A DNA stretch of 64,000 nucleotides from Candidatus Latescibacterota bacterium (GTDB lineage: Bacteria; Latescibacterota; UBA2968): positions 3,136,001-3,200,000 of the forward strand of contig OZ242010.1 in NCBI GenBank assembly GCA_965204745.1, in the 5' to 3' direction. The position numbers and the translations under genes were made by a program. Below are positions 48,187 through 56,730 of the stretch, piece after piece. The notes under the pieces were generated by a model that saw only the letters and a program-made list of their open reading frames with translations, was not told the DNA's origin and did no database searches. Numbering within the stretch: position 1 is the stretch's first letter; every line of letters starts with the position of its first letter.

Positions 48187-49535
48187 GCCATCTCTCCTTC
48201 ACACCCGCAAAACCGCGTGACGATATCGTACAAAACGCGCGTGGCAAACGCGAGATTTTCAACGGATACGCGCTCGTCATGCCCATGGATCAAGTTCATC
48301 TCCTCCTCGCCCGGCGCTTGGCGATGGGGCATGAACCCGTACACCTGCACATCGGGCCGGCGCGGGCAAATGTGCTTGGCATCCGTGCCCCCGGTCATCA
48401 GCGCGGGCAACACGACCGCCTCCGGATCGCGTTCTGCCATCACTTGAACAATGGCCCGATACAAGGGCGAATTTGTGCTCGCCTCTAACGGCGGGCTGTA
48501 TTGATCCACAATCAGGTCGATCTCATCGCCGACGTGAGATCGGATTTCCGCTTCAAAACTCTTATCGGTTTGCCCGGGCGCGAGGCGGCCATCGATCCAC
48601 GCGGTCGCCTCGGCGGGTATGACATTGATCGCCCGTCCCGCCGCCAAGACCGTTGGCGAAACCGTGTTGTGCAACAGGGCGCGCAATGACGCGATCAGAT
48701 CCGGCGCGAGGGGCAAGTTTTGCAATGCCTCCGCGCTACCATCGAGCACGTCGCGCAACTGTTGTGCGATCTCGGCATCTTGCGTCTCGGCAATGCCCGC
48801 CAAAAATGCGCGCAGGGTTTTCGACGGGTGCATCGCCCATTTCGCGCTTCCCAGCGCGTCGAGTGCCCGACTGAGTTTGATCACCGCATTGTCATCGTGC
48901 GGCCGCGAGCCGTGCCCCGGTTGCCCCTTTGCGATGAGCCGAAACCGAAAAATGCCCTTTTGCCCGGTTTGACACGTATAAAAGCGGTTGCCATTCACCT
49001 CAAAATCGCCGCCACCGCCCTCGGTCAGCACGTACTTTGCATCCACCTGATCTGGATGGTGATCGATGAGCCAGCCAATGCCGTGGTTGCCGCGCCCTGC
49101 CTCTTCGTCTGCGGTTGCCGCGTAAATCACATCCCGGTTCAGGCGCACGCCCTGCCGTTTCAACAGCAAAAACACCATCAACTCTGCGGCCACCATATTC
49201 TTCATATCCAGCGCACCGCGCCCCCAGACATAGCCCCGGTGCAAATCCCCGCCAAAGGGATCGCGTGACCACTTGTCCGACTCTGCGGCCACGACATCCG
49301 TATGCCCGAGCAACATCAGCGCGGGCGCGCCTCCTCCTTTTAAGCGGGCCGTCACATTCCCGCGCGTGGGTTCGGATTCCGTCACCACCGCGTCAATCCC
49401 CTCGCGCTTCAACACATCGGCAATGTAGTTCGCACACAAAATCTCATTGCCCGGCGGATTGGTCGTATCGCACCGAATCAAATCCCGCAAAAACCCCACA
49501 ACCTCGTGCGTCACGCGATTCCAGTCCATGGTCAT
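48183..49535 (-). CDS. M20 family metallopeptidase
   Basis: GHTDVV, WGRGALDMK, ADEEAG, GHGS, IHGHDER. Confidence 0.9.
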   Translation of the reverse strand: MTMDWNRVTHEVVGFLRDLIRCDTTNPPGNEILCANYIADVLKREGIDAVVTESEPTRGNVTARLKGGGAPALMLLGHTDVVAAESDKWSRDPFGGDLHRGYVWGRGALDMKNMVAAELMVFLLLKRQGVRLNRDVIYAATADEEAGRGNHGIGWLIDHHPDQVDAKYVLTEGGGGDFEVNGNRFYTCQTGQKGIFRFRLIAKGQPGHGSRPHDDNAVIKLSRALDALGSAKWAMHPSKTLRAFLAGIAETQDAEIAQQLRDVLDGSAEALQNLPLAPDLIASLRALLHNTVSPTVLAAGRAINVIPAEATAWIDGRLAPGQTDKSFEAEIRSHVGDEIDLIVDQYSPPLEASTNSPLYRAIVQVMAERDPEAVVLPALMTGGTDAKHICPRRPDVQVYGFMPHRQAPGEEEMNLIHGHDERVSVENLAFATRVLYDIVTRFCGCEGEMA

Positions 49536-49596
49536 ATTCGCTCCAGTATTTCGACAAAAAAAATCACTGGCTTCTGCCCCCTGCTTTCGTCAGATA

Positions 49597-50050
49597 AGGC
49601 GTTTGGTCCTTTGATGGCTTCTCGCTATGGGACCTATCCCCCGGCCCCTTTCCTACGAGGAAAGGGGAGTAAAGCTCCTTTGATGGCTTCTCGCTCTGGT
49701 TGCTCTGATAGCGTTGACCGAGGGCATAAAGCGATTAGAATCCCTCATCAATCCCCTCACAAAACCGCTCACCGTTCCCCCCTTCCTCAAAGGCACAGGC
49801 GTAGCCTACAACGAAGCGAAGCGAGTAACGGGGCTAGGGGGGTAGGTCCCGATAAGGAGCGAGTGTTTCAGTTTCTCAAACCGAGAGCCTATTCTGCGAT
49901 AGAGCTTGATTTTCTCGATAAACCGCTCAAGCCAGTTGCTTTGCTCCTAAATGTCAACAGAACCTACTGATTGCTCAAACGGTTGGGCGTTGGGTTGCCC
50001 TCTCACTTCTTGCCTCTCCCGTCTTGCCTCTCCCGTCTCACCTCTCCCCA
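49597..50050. repeat. Family-B element with nested family-A element and 36-nt cassette, then heptamers
   Basis: Homologous to 11760-12121; TIR AAATGTCAACAGAACC-TA. Confidence 0.8.
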
Positions 50051-51372
50051 TCATAAACCTCTGTCTGAAACAACTTGTCTTGAAAATCCAAGTACTGCGC
50101 TTTTGTCATCTCTGGCTCGTAAGTTGCGAGCACGGCGTTGGCTTCGGCAGCGCGGTTGGCGAGCAGGTCAATCGCCATGGACGCGAGGGATTTGGCCGGT
50201 TCGACATATCCCATCTCGTGATCGGAAATGCGCCACTCGACACTGTGGCCCGGCCCGGTTGCGCCGGACAGGTAGGGATGGAGTGCGGGCATAAGACAAG
50301 ATACGTCGCCCATATCGGTTGATCCGGTTCTGTGCCCGACCGTACAAAATTCATCCTCGCCCAACGACGCCTTGGCATTGTTTTCAAAAAGCGTCTGCAA
50401 ATTCGCATTGTTCTTCAGCGGCATGTACCCCGGCACGGTCTCGATTTCCACGGTCGCGCCGAGTGCCATCGCGCCTGCGCGCAGCGCGCGGTCGACCTTT
50501 GTATTGGCGTCGAGAATCGCCTTTGCGGTGCGCCCGCGCACATAAGTCTCCATCCGCACTTCAGAGGGAATCACATTGACCAAGTCCCCGCCGTGGGTGA
50601 TGATGGGATGCACGCGAATCGCGTCGCCATCTTGGAAGGTCTCGCGTTGCGCGTTGATCGCGGTCAGGGCGATTTGCGCGGCATTGAGCGCGTTGACGCC
50701 TCGGTGCGGCGCGCCGCCTGCGTGTGATGCCTTGCCCACGAACCGAATCATCTTTGCCACAAAGCCATTGGACGACGCGGAAACCGCGGCCTTGGTCAGA
50801 GAGTCGTCGCTGTGCGTGTGAATCATAACCGCCATATCCACATCGTCGAAATGCCCGTGCGCGATCAATTCGGGCTTGCCACCCAAAAAGCGCAATTTTC
50901 CCTCTTTGACCAGATTCAACCGGTATTCGACCTCCACAAATTCCTCTGCGGGCACGGCAAAAAACACGACCCTGCCCGCGAGATCGCCTGCCACGCGGGC
51001 ATCGACCATGCCCATCATCGCGCCCATCAGCCCCGCGATTTGCGCGTTGTGCCCACACGCATGCGCCGCGCCCGTCTGCGAATTGGCCTGGGGATGATCG
51101 GACACCAAGAGCGAATCGAGTTCGCCGATCAGCGCGACCGTCGGGCCTGGCGCGCCGCCCTCCAAAACGCCCTTCACGCCCGTAATCGCCAACTCGGTCT
51201 CGCGCAACACGCCAAATTCATCCATCGTTTGCGACACCAACTCGGCGGTTTCAAATTCCTTAAACCCCAATTCGGGATTTGCCATAATGCGCTCGCCAAT
51301 GCGACAAATCTGATCGCGCCGCCGATCTATCGCCTCGCAAACGCGCTTCTTGAGTTCGGCTTTTGAAGCCAT
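50038..51372 (-). CDS. M20 amidohydrolase (AbgB-like)
   Basis: NPELGFKE, HACGHNAQ, PAEE, GSTDMGDVS. Confidence 0.9.
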   Translation of the reverse strand: MASKAELKKRVCEAIDRRRDQICRIGERIMANPELGFKEFETAELVSQTMDEFGVLRETELAITGVKGVLEGGAPGPTVALIGELDSLLVSDHPQANSQTGAAHACGHNAQIAGLMGAMMGMVDARVAGDLAGRVVFFAVPAEEFVEVEYRLNLVKEGKLRFLGGKPELIAHGHFDDVDMAVMIHTHSDDSLTKAAVSASSNGFVAKMIRFVGKASHAGGAPHRGVNALNAAQIALTAINAQRETFQDGDAIRVHPIITHGGDLVNVIPSEVRMETYVRGRTAKAILDANTKVDRALRAGAMALGATVEIETVPGYMPLKNNANLQTLFENNAKASLGEDEFCTVGHRTGSTDMGDVSCLMPALHPYLSGATGPGHSVEWRISDHEMGYVEPAKSLASMAIDLLANRAAEANAVLATYEPEMTKAQYLDFQDKLFQTEVYDGER

Positions 51373-51442
51373 GAGTTCCTCCAAAGGAGCTATCGGCGTT
51401 CAACGACCAACCCCCGCCGCTGAGTGTTGGGGGTTGGGTGGC

Positions 51443-51491
51443 CTGACAACTGACAACTGACAACTGACAACTGACAACTGACTACTGACTA
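51443..51491. repeat. Heptamer tract (CTGACAA)5(CTGACTA)2 abutting the mraY stop
   Basis: Direct reading. Confidence 0.9.
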
Positions 51492-52550
51492 CTACCTAAT
51501 TTTTAACAACAACACCAACAAAATCGGCGTGACAACCGCCTGTAACAACGTGAACCTGACCAGCACTTGGGTATTTGACCAGCCCCACTTCTGGCGGACG
51601 TGGTCGTGCAGGGGATAGCGCACCTGCTTAAAAATGCCGATCTTGAAAAACCTCAGCAACGCGACTTTCAAAAGCCCTGTCGCGCCATTGACCAGCACCA
51701 CGCCTGCGACCACCACGATTAAAAGCGGATTGCCACACGCCAAGACCAGCATGCCGAGCAACAAGCCCAAGGGGCGCGACCCGGCATCGCCCATCAACAC
51801 CGCACTCGGATTGGCATTGTGCCACAAATAGCCCACCAAACACCCGGTCATGATAAAGGCCAACACGGCCCAATTCGCGGCCTCTGTGTAGTGCGGCACC
51901 AGCAAATACTGCGCGATGTCCCGATGTCCCACAATGCCGTACAGCGCGGTTCCCAAATACATAAATGCCAACGCGCACAAACTGCCGGACAAGCCATCCA
52001 CGCCATCTGTGCAATTCGTCGCGTTGATCGTCATCCACAACAAGAGCGTGGCAACGGGTATGTAAATCCACAGCGGGACGATCACCGGCGTCTTGATCAG
52101 CGGCAACCACACTTGGACAGGCCCCCATTGGCATACGACCAGCGCGCCTAAAATCGAAATGCCCAAATCGATCAGGCCCATGCGGTATTCGCCCCAGCCG
52201 CCGCGGCTGCGGTCGTCGAGAAACCCCACCAGCATCGCCAAAAACAAACAGCCCAATGCCTCGACATAGCGCGCGCTGACCGGGACGAACAAAAACCCGA
52301 CCACGATGGCGATAGAAACAAAAATGACCCCCGCGCCCACGGGCTTGCCCACACTTTGCGCGGCCCCAACCGCGTGAGCGCGCCCTCGGTCGTGCGGCAA
52401 TCTGTGCCACAACTTGGGCAACAGCCACCAGGTGATCGCGCAGGCGAGCGCGGCCCCTGCACTCACCAAAAACAAATAAGACGTGAACAGCCGAAACGGC
52501 CCATAGACATCCAAAAGTTGCTCACCAAGCCAGTAAAACACAGCAGACAC
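51492..52550 (-). CDS. mraY: MraY-like phospho-MurNAc-pentapeptide transferase (stand-alone variant)
   Basis: GFLDD, NATNCTDGVDGL, LMGDAGS, PLHDH, LLLKIR. Confidence 0.8.
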   Translation of the reverse strand: MSAVFYWLGEQLLDVYGPFRLFTSYLFLVSAGAALACAITWWLLPKLWHRLPHDRGRAHAVGAAQSVGKPVGAGVIFVSIAIVVGFLFVPVSARYVEALGCLFLAMLVGFLDDRSRGGWGEYRMGLIDLGISILGALVVCQWGPVQVWLPLIKTPVIVPLWIYIPVATLLLWMTINATNCTDGVDGLSGSLCALAFMYLGTALYGIVGHRDIAQYLLVPHYTEAANWAVLAFIMTGCLVGYLWHNANPSAVLMGDAGSRPLGLLLGMLVLACGNPLLIVVVAGVVLVNGATGLLKVALLRFFKIGIFKQVRYPLHDHVRQKWGWSNTQVLVRFTLLQAVVTPILLVLLLKIR

Positions 52551-52603
52551 TCCCTATAAATTTGATCCGACTGATGATTCGCGCCGCGGCGCCGCGGACG
52601 TGC

Positions 52604-53593
52604 TCACACATTGACCAGTTCCTTGAGCGACACGATGCGCCCGGATTCAGAGGAAATGCCCATGCCTTCGACCATCGCCACGGTCGCCAGATTATTGCGC
52701 CCTGAAAACTCGGGTTCGTCACCGCCGTTTATCCACGCGAGAAATTGATCCACGATGAGGGTCGTCGAAGTGGGGCCTGCATCCAAGGGCAATACTTCGG
52801 GATCGGCTTTGCGGCGCGTCAAGACGAGTTCGCCTCGTTCGATAGACAGGGTGCCTTCATCCACATCTACGCGCGTCTCGCCGCCGGATTTGTGCGGTTC
52901 AAAAGTCGCAAAATAAGTCGCGGTCGCGCCCCCGTCAAATTCGACCCACCCGGAGACCCCGGCCCCGCCTTTGTACGGACTCCAGGGCGGATTGAAACTG
53001 CGCGCCCACATGCGCGTGGGCAATTTGCCAAAAATATAGCGCATGGTATCCAAGTCGTGAATGCCCCGCTCCCACAAATACGAATGATCGTCATGCCCCG
53101 AATGGTGAACGCCCTTGCTGCGCCAGCCCATTTTGGTGAACAGCCCAAAACTCGCCTTGCCGTAGGTCTCTTCCCGCAGGTGGCGGGCGAGCGTCATCGT
53201 GACCGCGTTGTATTTGGCATTTTGACTCACGCCCACTTTGACCCCCGCGCGCTCGGCTTCTGCAACCACCTGCTTTGCGGACGCTAGGGTTTTCGTAAAT
53301 GGCTTTTCAACGAGAACGTGCTTCCCGGCTTTGATCGCCTCCAACATCATCGACGCGTGGGCATCGGGCGGGGTGATGATGATCACGCAATCCGCCGCCA
53401 CATTGTTCAGGGCTTGCTCGAGCGTTCTGAAACACTTGGACTCGGGCAAGCCGGACATTGCCATCGCGGCGTTCATGTTGTCTTCGTGAATATCGACAAA
53501 GGCCGCACTCGCCACGTCGTCCCGCTCCGTGAACATCTGCACGGGCCACTTTCCCCGGCCGCCAACGCCCATGTGAATGCACTGCACTGCCAT
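52604..53593 (-). CDS. Gfo/Idh/MocA oxidoreductase
   Basis: GVGGRG, GKHVLVEKP, GIHDLD. Confidence 0.88.
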   Translation of the reverse strand: MAVQCIHMGVGGRGKWPVQMFTERDDVASAAFVDIHEDNMNAAMAMSGLPESKCFRTLEQALNNVAADCVIIITPPDAHASMMLEAIKAGKHVLVEKPFTKTLASAKQVVAEAERAGVKVGVSQNAKYNAVTMTLARHLREETYGKASFGLFTKMGWRSKGVHHSGHDDHSYLWERGIHDLDTMRYIFGKLPTRMWARSFNPPWSPYKGGAGVSGWVEFDGGATATYFATFEPHKSGGETRVDVDEGTLSIERGELVLTRRKADPEVLPLDAGPTSTTLIVDQFLAWINGGDEPEFSGRNNLATVAMVEGMGISSESGRIVSLKELVNV

Positions 53594-53784
53594 ATCTGCC
53601 TCCTCAGTGTGAATGTCCGATGGTATCGCGCCCAATATAACGCAACTTTTTCTGTCTGCATGTTTTCTTTTTTGCGTTCAAAGTATCGCGCCCGTTCCCA
53701 ACTGGTCAGTCCCCGCTTGGCCGCTCAGTGAGAATCAAAAGGGTAAAGACAAGATATCCGCCCATCGTCATTATAGGACAAAGG

Positions 53785-53830
53785 AAAATCCGCCCTGCTG
53801 AAGGTATCGGCAGGGCGGATTTTGTGTTTG
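53785..53830. terminator. Hairpin terminator downstream of the sulfatase
   Basis: AAAATCCGCCCTGCTGA...TCGGCAGGGCGGATTTT. Confidence 0.65.
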
Positions 53831-53846
53831 TCTGTACCTGTCTCGG

Positions 53847-55130
53847 TCAAGTCCGAAGGGCCGCGGGGTCGTTGATGCGGGCGTTTTGGGGTGCGGGTAC
53901 CCAGCCGGATAGGAGGGGGTCGTCGGTCGTTTCCATCCACGTTGCGAGGCGGCGACGCATGGCGTTTCGGTCGTGTTGATAGGCCGGATCCAGGGCGAGG
54001 TTGTGGGTCTCAAATGGGTCGAAAATCAAATCGTAGAGTTGCTCGCGGGGTTGGGTTTTCTGCCGCCATCCCCGTTCGAGAAAATAGGATTTGCTCGGGC
54101 TGCCATCGCAGTTGATGTCGCCCGGGCGCGCTGTGGGGTACCAGTGGCGGATGTATTTCCACTTCTTGGTGCGGACGGCCCGTTGCGGATCGTAATAGCT
54201 GTGGTAGTTGATTTCTGCAAAAATTTCTTCGTGGATCTCATCCGCTTCGCCGCGAACAAGGGGCAGGAGGGATTTGCCTTGCAACCAATCCGGATGGTCG
54301 ATGCCGATGAGGTCGCACAGCGTGGGGAACAGATCGACTTGGGAAACCATGCCGTCGATCACCTCGCCGCCCAAAAAACCCGGCCCGCGCATGATGAGCA
54401 AGACCCCGATGCCGTGATCCGTGAGGTTGCACTTCATCATCGGAAATGCAATGCCGTGGTCCGTGGTGCTGATGACGAGGGTGTTGTCCGCGAGCCCGGC
54501 CCGGTCGAGGGCGTTGAGCACGCGCCCGACTTCGGTGTCGAGGATTCGGACGCAGGTTTTGTAGGCCGCGGTGTCGTAGCGCGTTTCCGGCGTGTCCGGC
54601 AAGGGTGCAGGGGGCATGCAGTAGCGCGGGTCGTCTTCCGGTCCCGGTTCTGGAAAACTGCGATGCGTGAGCGTGTATCCCACGTCGAGGAAAAAGGGCT
54701 TGTCGTGCGCCCGATTGAGAAATGCAATGGCCGCGTCCGAGGTCGCCCGCTGATCTTTGGCCGTATCGAACATGTGGTCATAACCGATTTCGGCCGGGTC
54801 CGCCGATGGCGGACGCCCCACATGCTGAAACCCGGAAAGCGCGGTCGCGTACCCGGCCCGTTTCAGGGTTTGCACCAAGTGATGGCTGTAATCGTTGAGC
54901 CGAAACCCCCGGTGGGCAAGGCCGAGCATGCCGCAACAGTGGGGCCATTGCCCGGTCAAAAGCGCGGCGCGACTCGGAGAACACGTCGGGTTGGCGCAAA
55001 ACGCTTGCCGAAAGAGCACGCCCTGCTCGGCGAGGGCTTGGAAATTGGGCGTTGGCATGGCGTGTCCGTAAGGCTGGATATAGCGACCCGTGTCGTGCGA
55101 GTGGATGTAGAGGATATTGGGTTGGGACAT
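53847..55130 (-). CDS. Sulfatase
   Basis: QPNILYIHSHD, CSPSRAALLTG, TDHG, LYDLIFDP. Confidence 0.92.
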   Translation of the reverse strand: MSQPNILYIHSHDTGRYIQPYGHAMPTPNFQALAEQGVLFRQAFCANPTCSPSRAALLTGQWPHCCGMLGLAHRGFRLNDYSHHLVQTLKRAGYATALSGFQHVGRPPSADPAEIGYDHMFDTAKDQRATSDAAIAFLNRAHDKPFFLDVGYTLTHRSFPEPGPEDDPRYCMPPAPLPDTPETRYDTAAYKTCVRILDTEVGRVLNALDRAGLADNTLVISTTDHGIAFPMMKCNLTDHGIGVLLIMRGPGFLGGEVIDGMVSQVDLFPTLCDLIGIDHPDWLQGKSLLPLVRGEADEIHEEIFAEINYHSYYDPQRAVRTKKWKYIRHWYPTARPGDINCDGSPSKSYFLERGWRQKTQPREQLYDLIFDPFETHNLALDPAYQHDRNAMRRRLATWMETTDDPLLSGWVPAPQNARINDPAALRT

Positions 55131-55172
55131 GATGGGCTCCTTAAAGGAAGAGGCAAGATACTCTCTTAAAGG

Positions 55173-56180
55173 TCAAGGGGATTGCGGGGCGATTCGATAG
55201 AATTTCTCGCCCTCAAAATCTTGGTCATGCCGCAACATGCCCCAGATTGAATGGAGCAACTTTCGCATCACCGCAACGATAGCCTGCAAAGGTTTCTTGC
55301 CGCGGGCAATGAGTTGGTCATAGAAGGCTTTGACATGGACTTCGTGTCTGATGGCCACCCAGGCAGGCATATAGAGGGCATGGCGGAGGTACTTATTCCC
55401 GGTTTTCGAGATGCGTCTTTGTGGGTTGGCGGTTCCGGATTGTTTGGGTTTGGGATCCAGGCCTGCATGTGCGACCCACTGGGGCGGTTGCATCTCCTCA
55501 GGCAAAAGGGTCAACTCGGCCAAGAGCCGCAAGGCGCTCGTTTGTGCGATGCCAGGCGTCGAGCAGAGGCGTTGGTAGGCGCGCTTGAGGGTCTCATCGT
55601 GCAAAACGAGATCGAGGGCTTGGTCTTCCAAGTATGCAATCCGGCGTTTGAGGTGTCGAATATTCACCTGAATATCGCGTGCGATGCGCCGTGTGCTCAG
55701 GATGTGGTAGCTTTGCGCGTGGTTGCGGCTCTGTTCACTGATGATCACCTGCTTGAGTTGGTCAATGCGTCTGGTGAGGGCTTGCAGTTGAAGCCGTTGC
55801 TCACTCGGCGCTTGCCAAGGCACAAACGGCATGCGCTCGGCATAATCCATGATCAACAACGCATCCTTCGCATCCGTCTTGGCTCGTTGCATGCGGGCTT
55901 GACCGTACTTGCTCATCGCTTTGGGATTGACGACCATGACCTTTGTGTGGCGATGCCGATGCAAGGCCAAGGCCACCCCCAAGCTGTAAAGCCCGGTCGC
56001 TTCGAGGCACACAGAGACCATGTGCCCGCCCTTGGTGAGCCACTTCAGCAACCGCTTATGGGCTTGGGGATCATTGGCAAAGGTCGCTTGCATGACAGCT
56101 TGTCCGGGTCTGGACAGGGCAACAGACAACGTGCGGGCACTGACATCAATGCCGGCGAAAGCGGGTTGAGATTTCGACAT
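55173..56180 (-). CDS. IS110 recombinase/transposase (RuvC-like DEDD plus Tnp domain)
   Basis: GIDVS, CLEATG, KTDAKDA; PKQSG catalytic Ser; ISKTGNKYLRHALY. Confidence 0.95.
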   Translation of the reverse strand: MSKSQPAFAGIDVSARTLSVALSRPGQAVMQATFANDPQAHKRLLKWLTKGGHMVSVCLEATGLYSLGVALALHRHRHTKVMVVNPKAMSKYGQARMQRAKTDAKDALLIMDYAERMPFVPWQAPSEQRLQLQALTRRIDQLKQVIISEQSRNHAQSYHILSTRRIARDIQVNIRHLKRRIAYLEDQALDLVLHDETLKRAYQRLCSTPGIAQTSALRLLAELTLLPEEMQPPQWVAHAGLDPKPKQSGTANPQRRISKTGNKYLRHALYMPAWVAIRHEVHVKAFYDQLIARGKKPLQAIVAVMRKLLHSIWGMLRHDQDFEGEKFYRIAPQSP

Positions 56181-56244
56181 GGGGGCCTCCTGTGATGAGG
56201 GGTTGTAAGGGGTCTGGTGTGCGCTCGAGTTCGATCCCGACCAT

Positions 56245-56428
56245 TGACGCCAAGTCTACCGGTCTTGTATATGCAGCCTCAAGGGACTTAGATACTCTTC
56301 GGCATAGACCCGGCGGTCGGGGGGCCTATCTTACCTACAAGGTCATCGCCTTCAAGAGGGGCCGGCCTTCCCCGAGCCGGGCATCAAGATGGCTTATCTC
56401 GATACGAGGGCGCAACTCCTAATTAACC
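56245..56428 (-). ncRNA. Predicted bridge RNA of the IS110 element (ends approximate)
   Basis: 5' hairpin 56383-56403; target loop guides GGCCCCUCU (56355-63) and AGGUAAG (56330-36); donor loop guides AGAGUAUCU (56290-98) and AUACAAG (56264-70). Confidence 0.8.
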
Positions 56429-56447
56429 CTTACTTCCAAGATACAAG

Positions 56448-56680
56448 AGGGGAGACGGGAGAGGGGAGAGGTAAGAAGTGAGAGGTGAGAAGTGAGAGGT
56501 GAGAAGTGAGATGGGATTTTAGCCACGAGCGGGGTACAACTGGCGACAGCCAGTTCAAAGGCACAAAAGGCACAAAAGGCACAAAAGGCACGAGCAGGTA
56601 AAACTGGCGATAGCCAGTTCAAAGGCACAAAAAGTGAGCGATATGTGTAGGGGCGATGCCTCTGTGCTCGCCCGAAGATA
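56448..56680. repeat. Heptamer (GAGGTGA/GAAGTGA) and nonamer (CACAAAAGG) tracts, two ~30-nt cassettes, GTAG-REP
   Basis: Direct reading; REP GTAGGGGCGATGCCTCTGTGCTCGCCC also at 24912 and 12370 (minus). Confidence 0.85.
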
Positions 56681-56730
56681 CAATAAAGGTGAAAGAACAT
56701 CTCCTCTCTCCGTTGCGGGGCCAGGGATTT

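Larger units (their letters stand above)
55156..56447 (-). mobile_element. Complete IS110-family (IS621-like) insertion sequence bounded by CT cores
   Basis: Minus strand: CTCCCCT-CT-TGTAT ... AGAGTAT-CT-TGCCT; no TIRs; non-coding left end. Confidence 0.9.

Noticed and set aside
53600-53785. Possible structured ncRNA between sulfatase and oxidoreductase
   Set aside because: No recognisable family motif beyond the terminator hairpin
55154-56444. CAAGATAC at both IS110 ends as an 8-bp target-site duplication
   Set aside because: The bridge-RNA guides and the 17-nt promoter spacing place the boundary 7 nt further out, at the core 56446-56447
56527-56556. Cassette 2 as group II intron domain V (GAGC...GTTC ends)
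   Set aside because: Internal pairing and bulge do not fit domain V; no intron context
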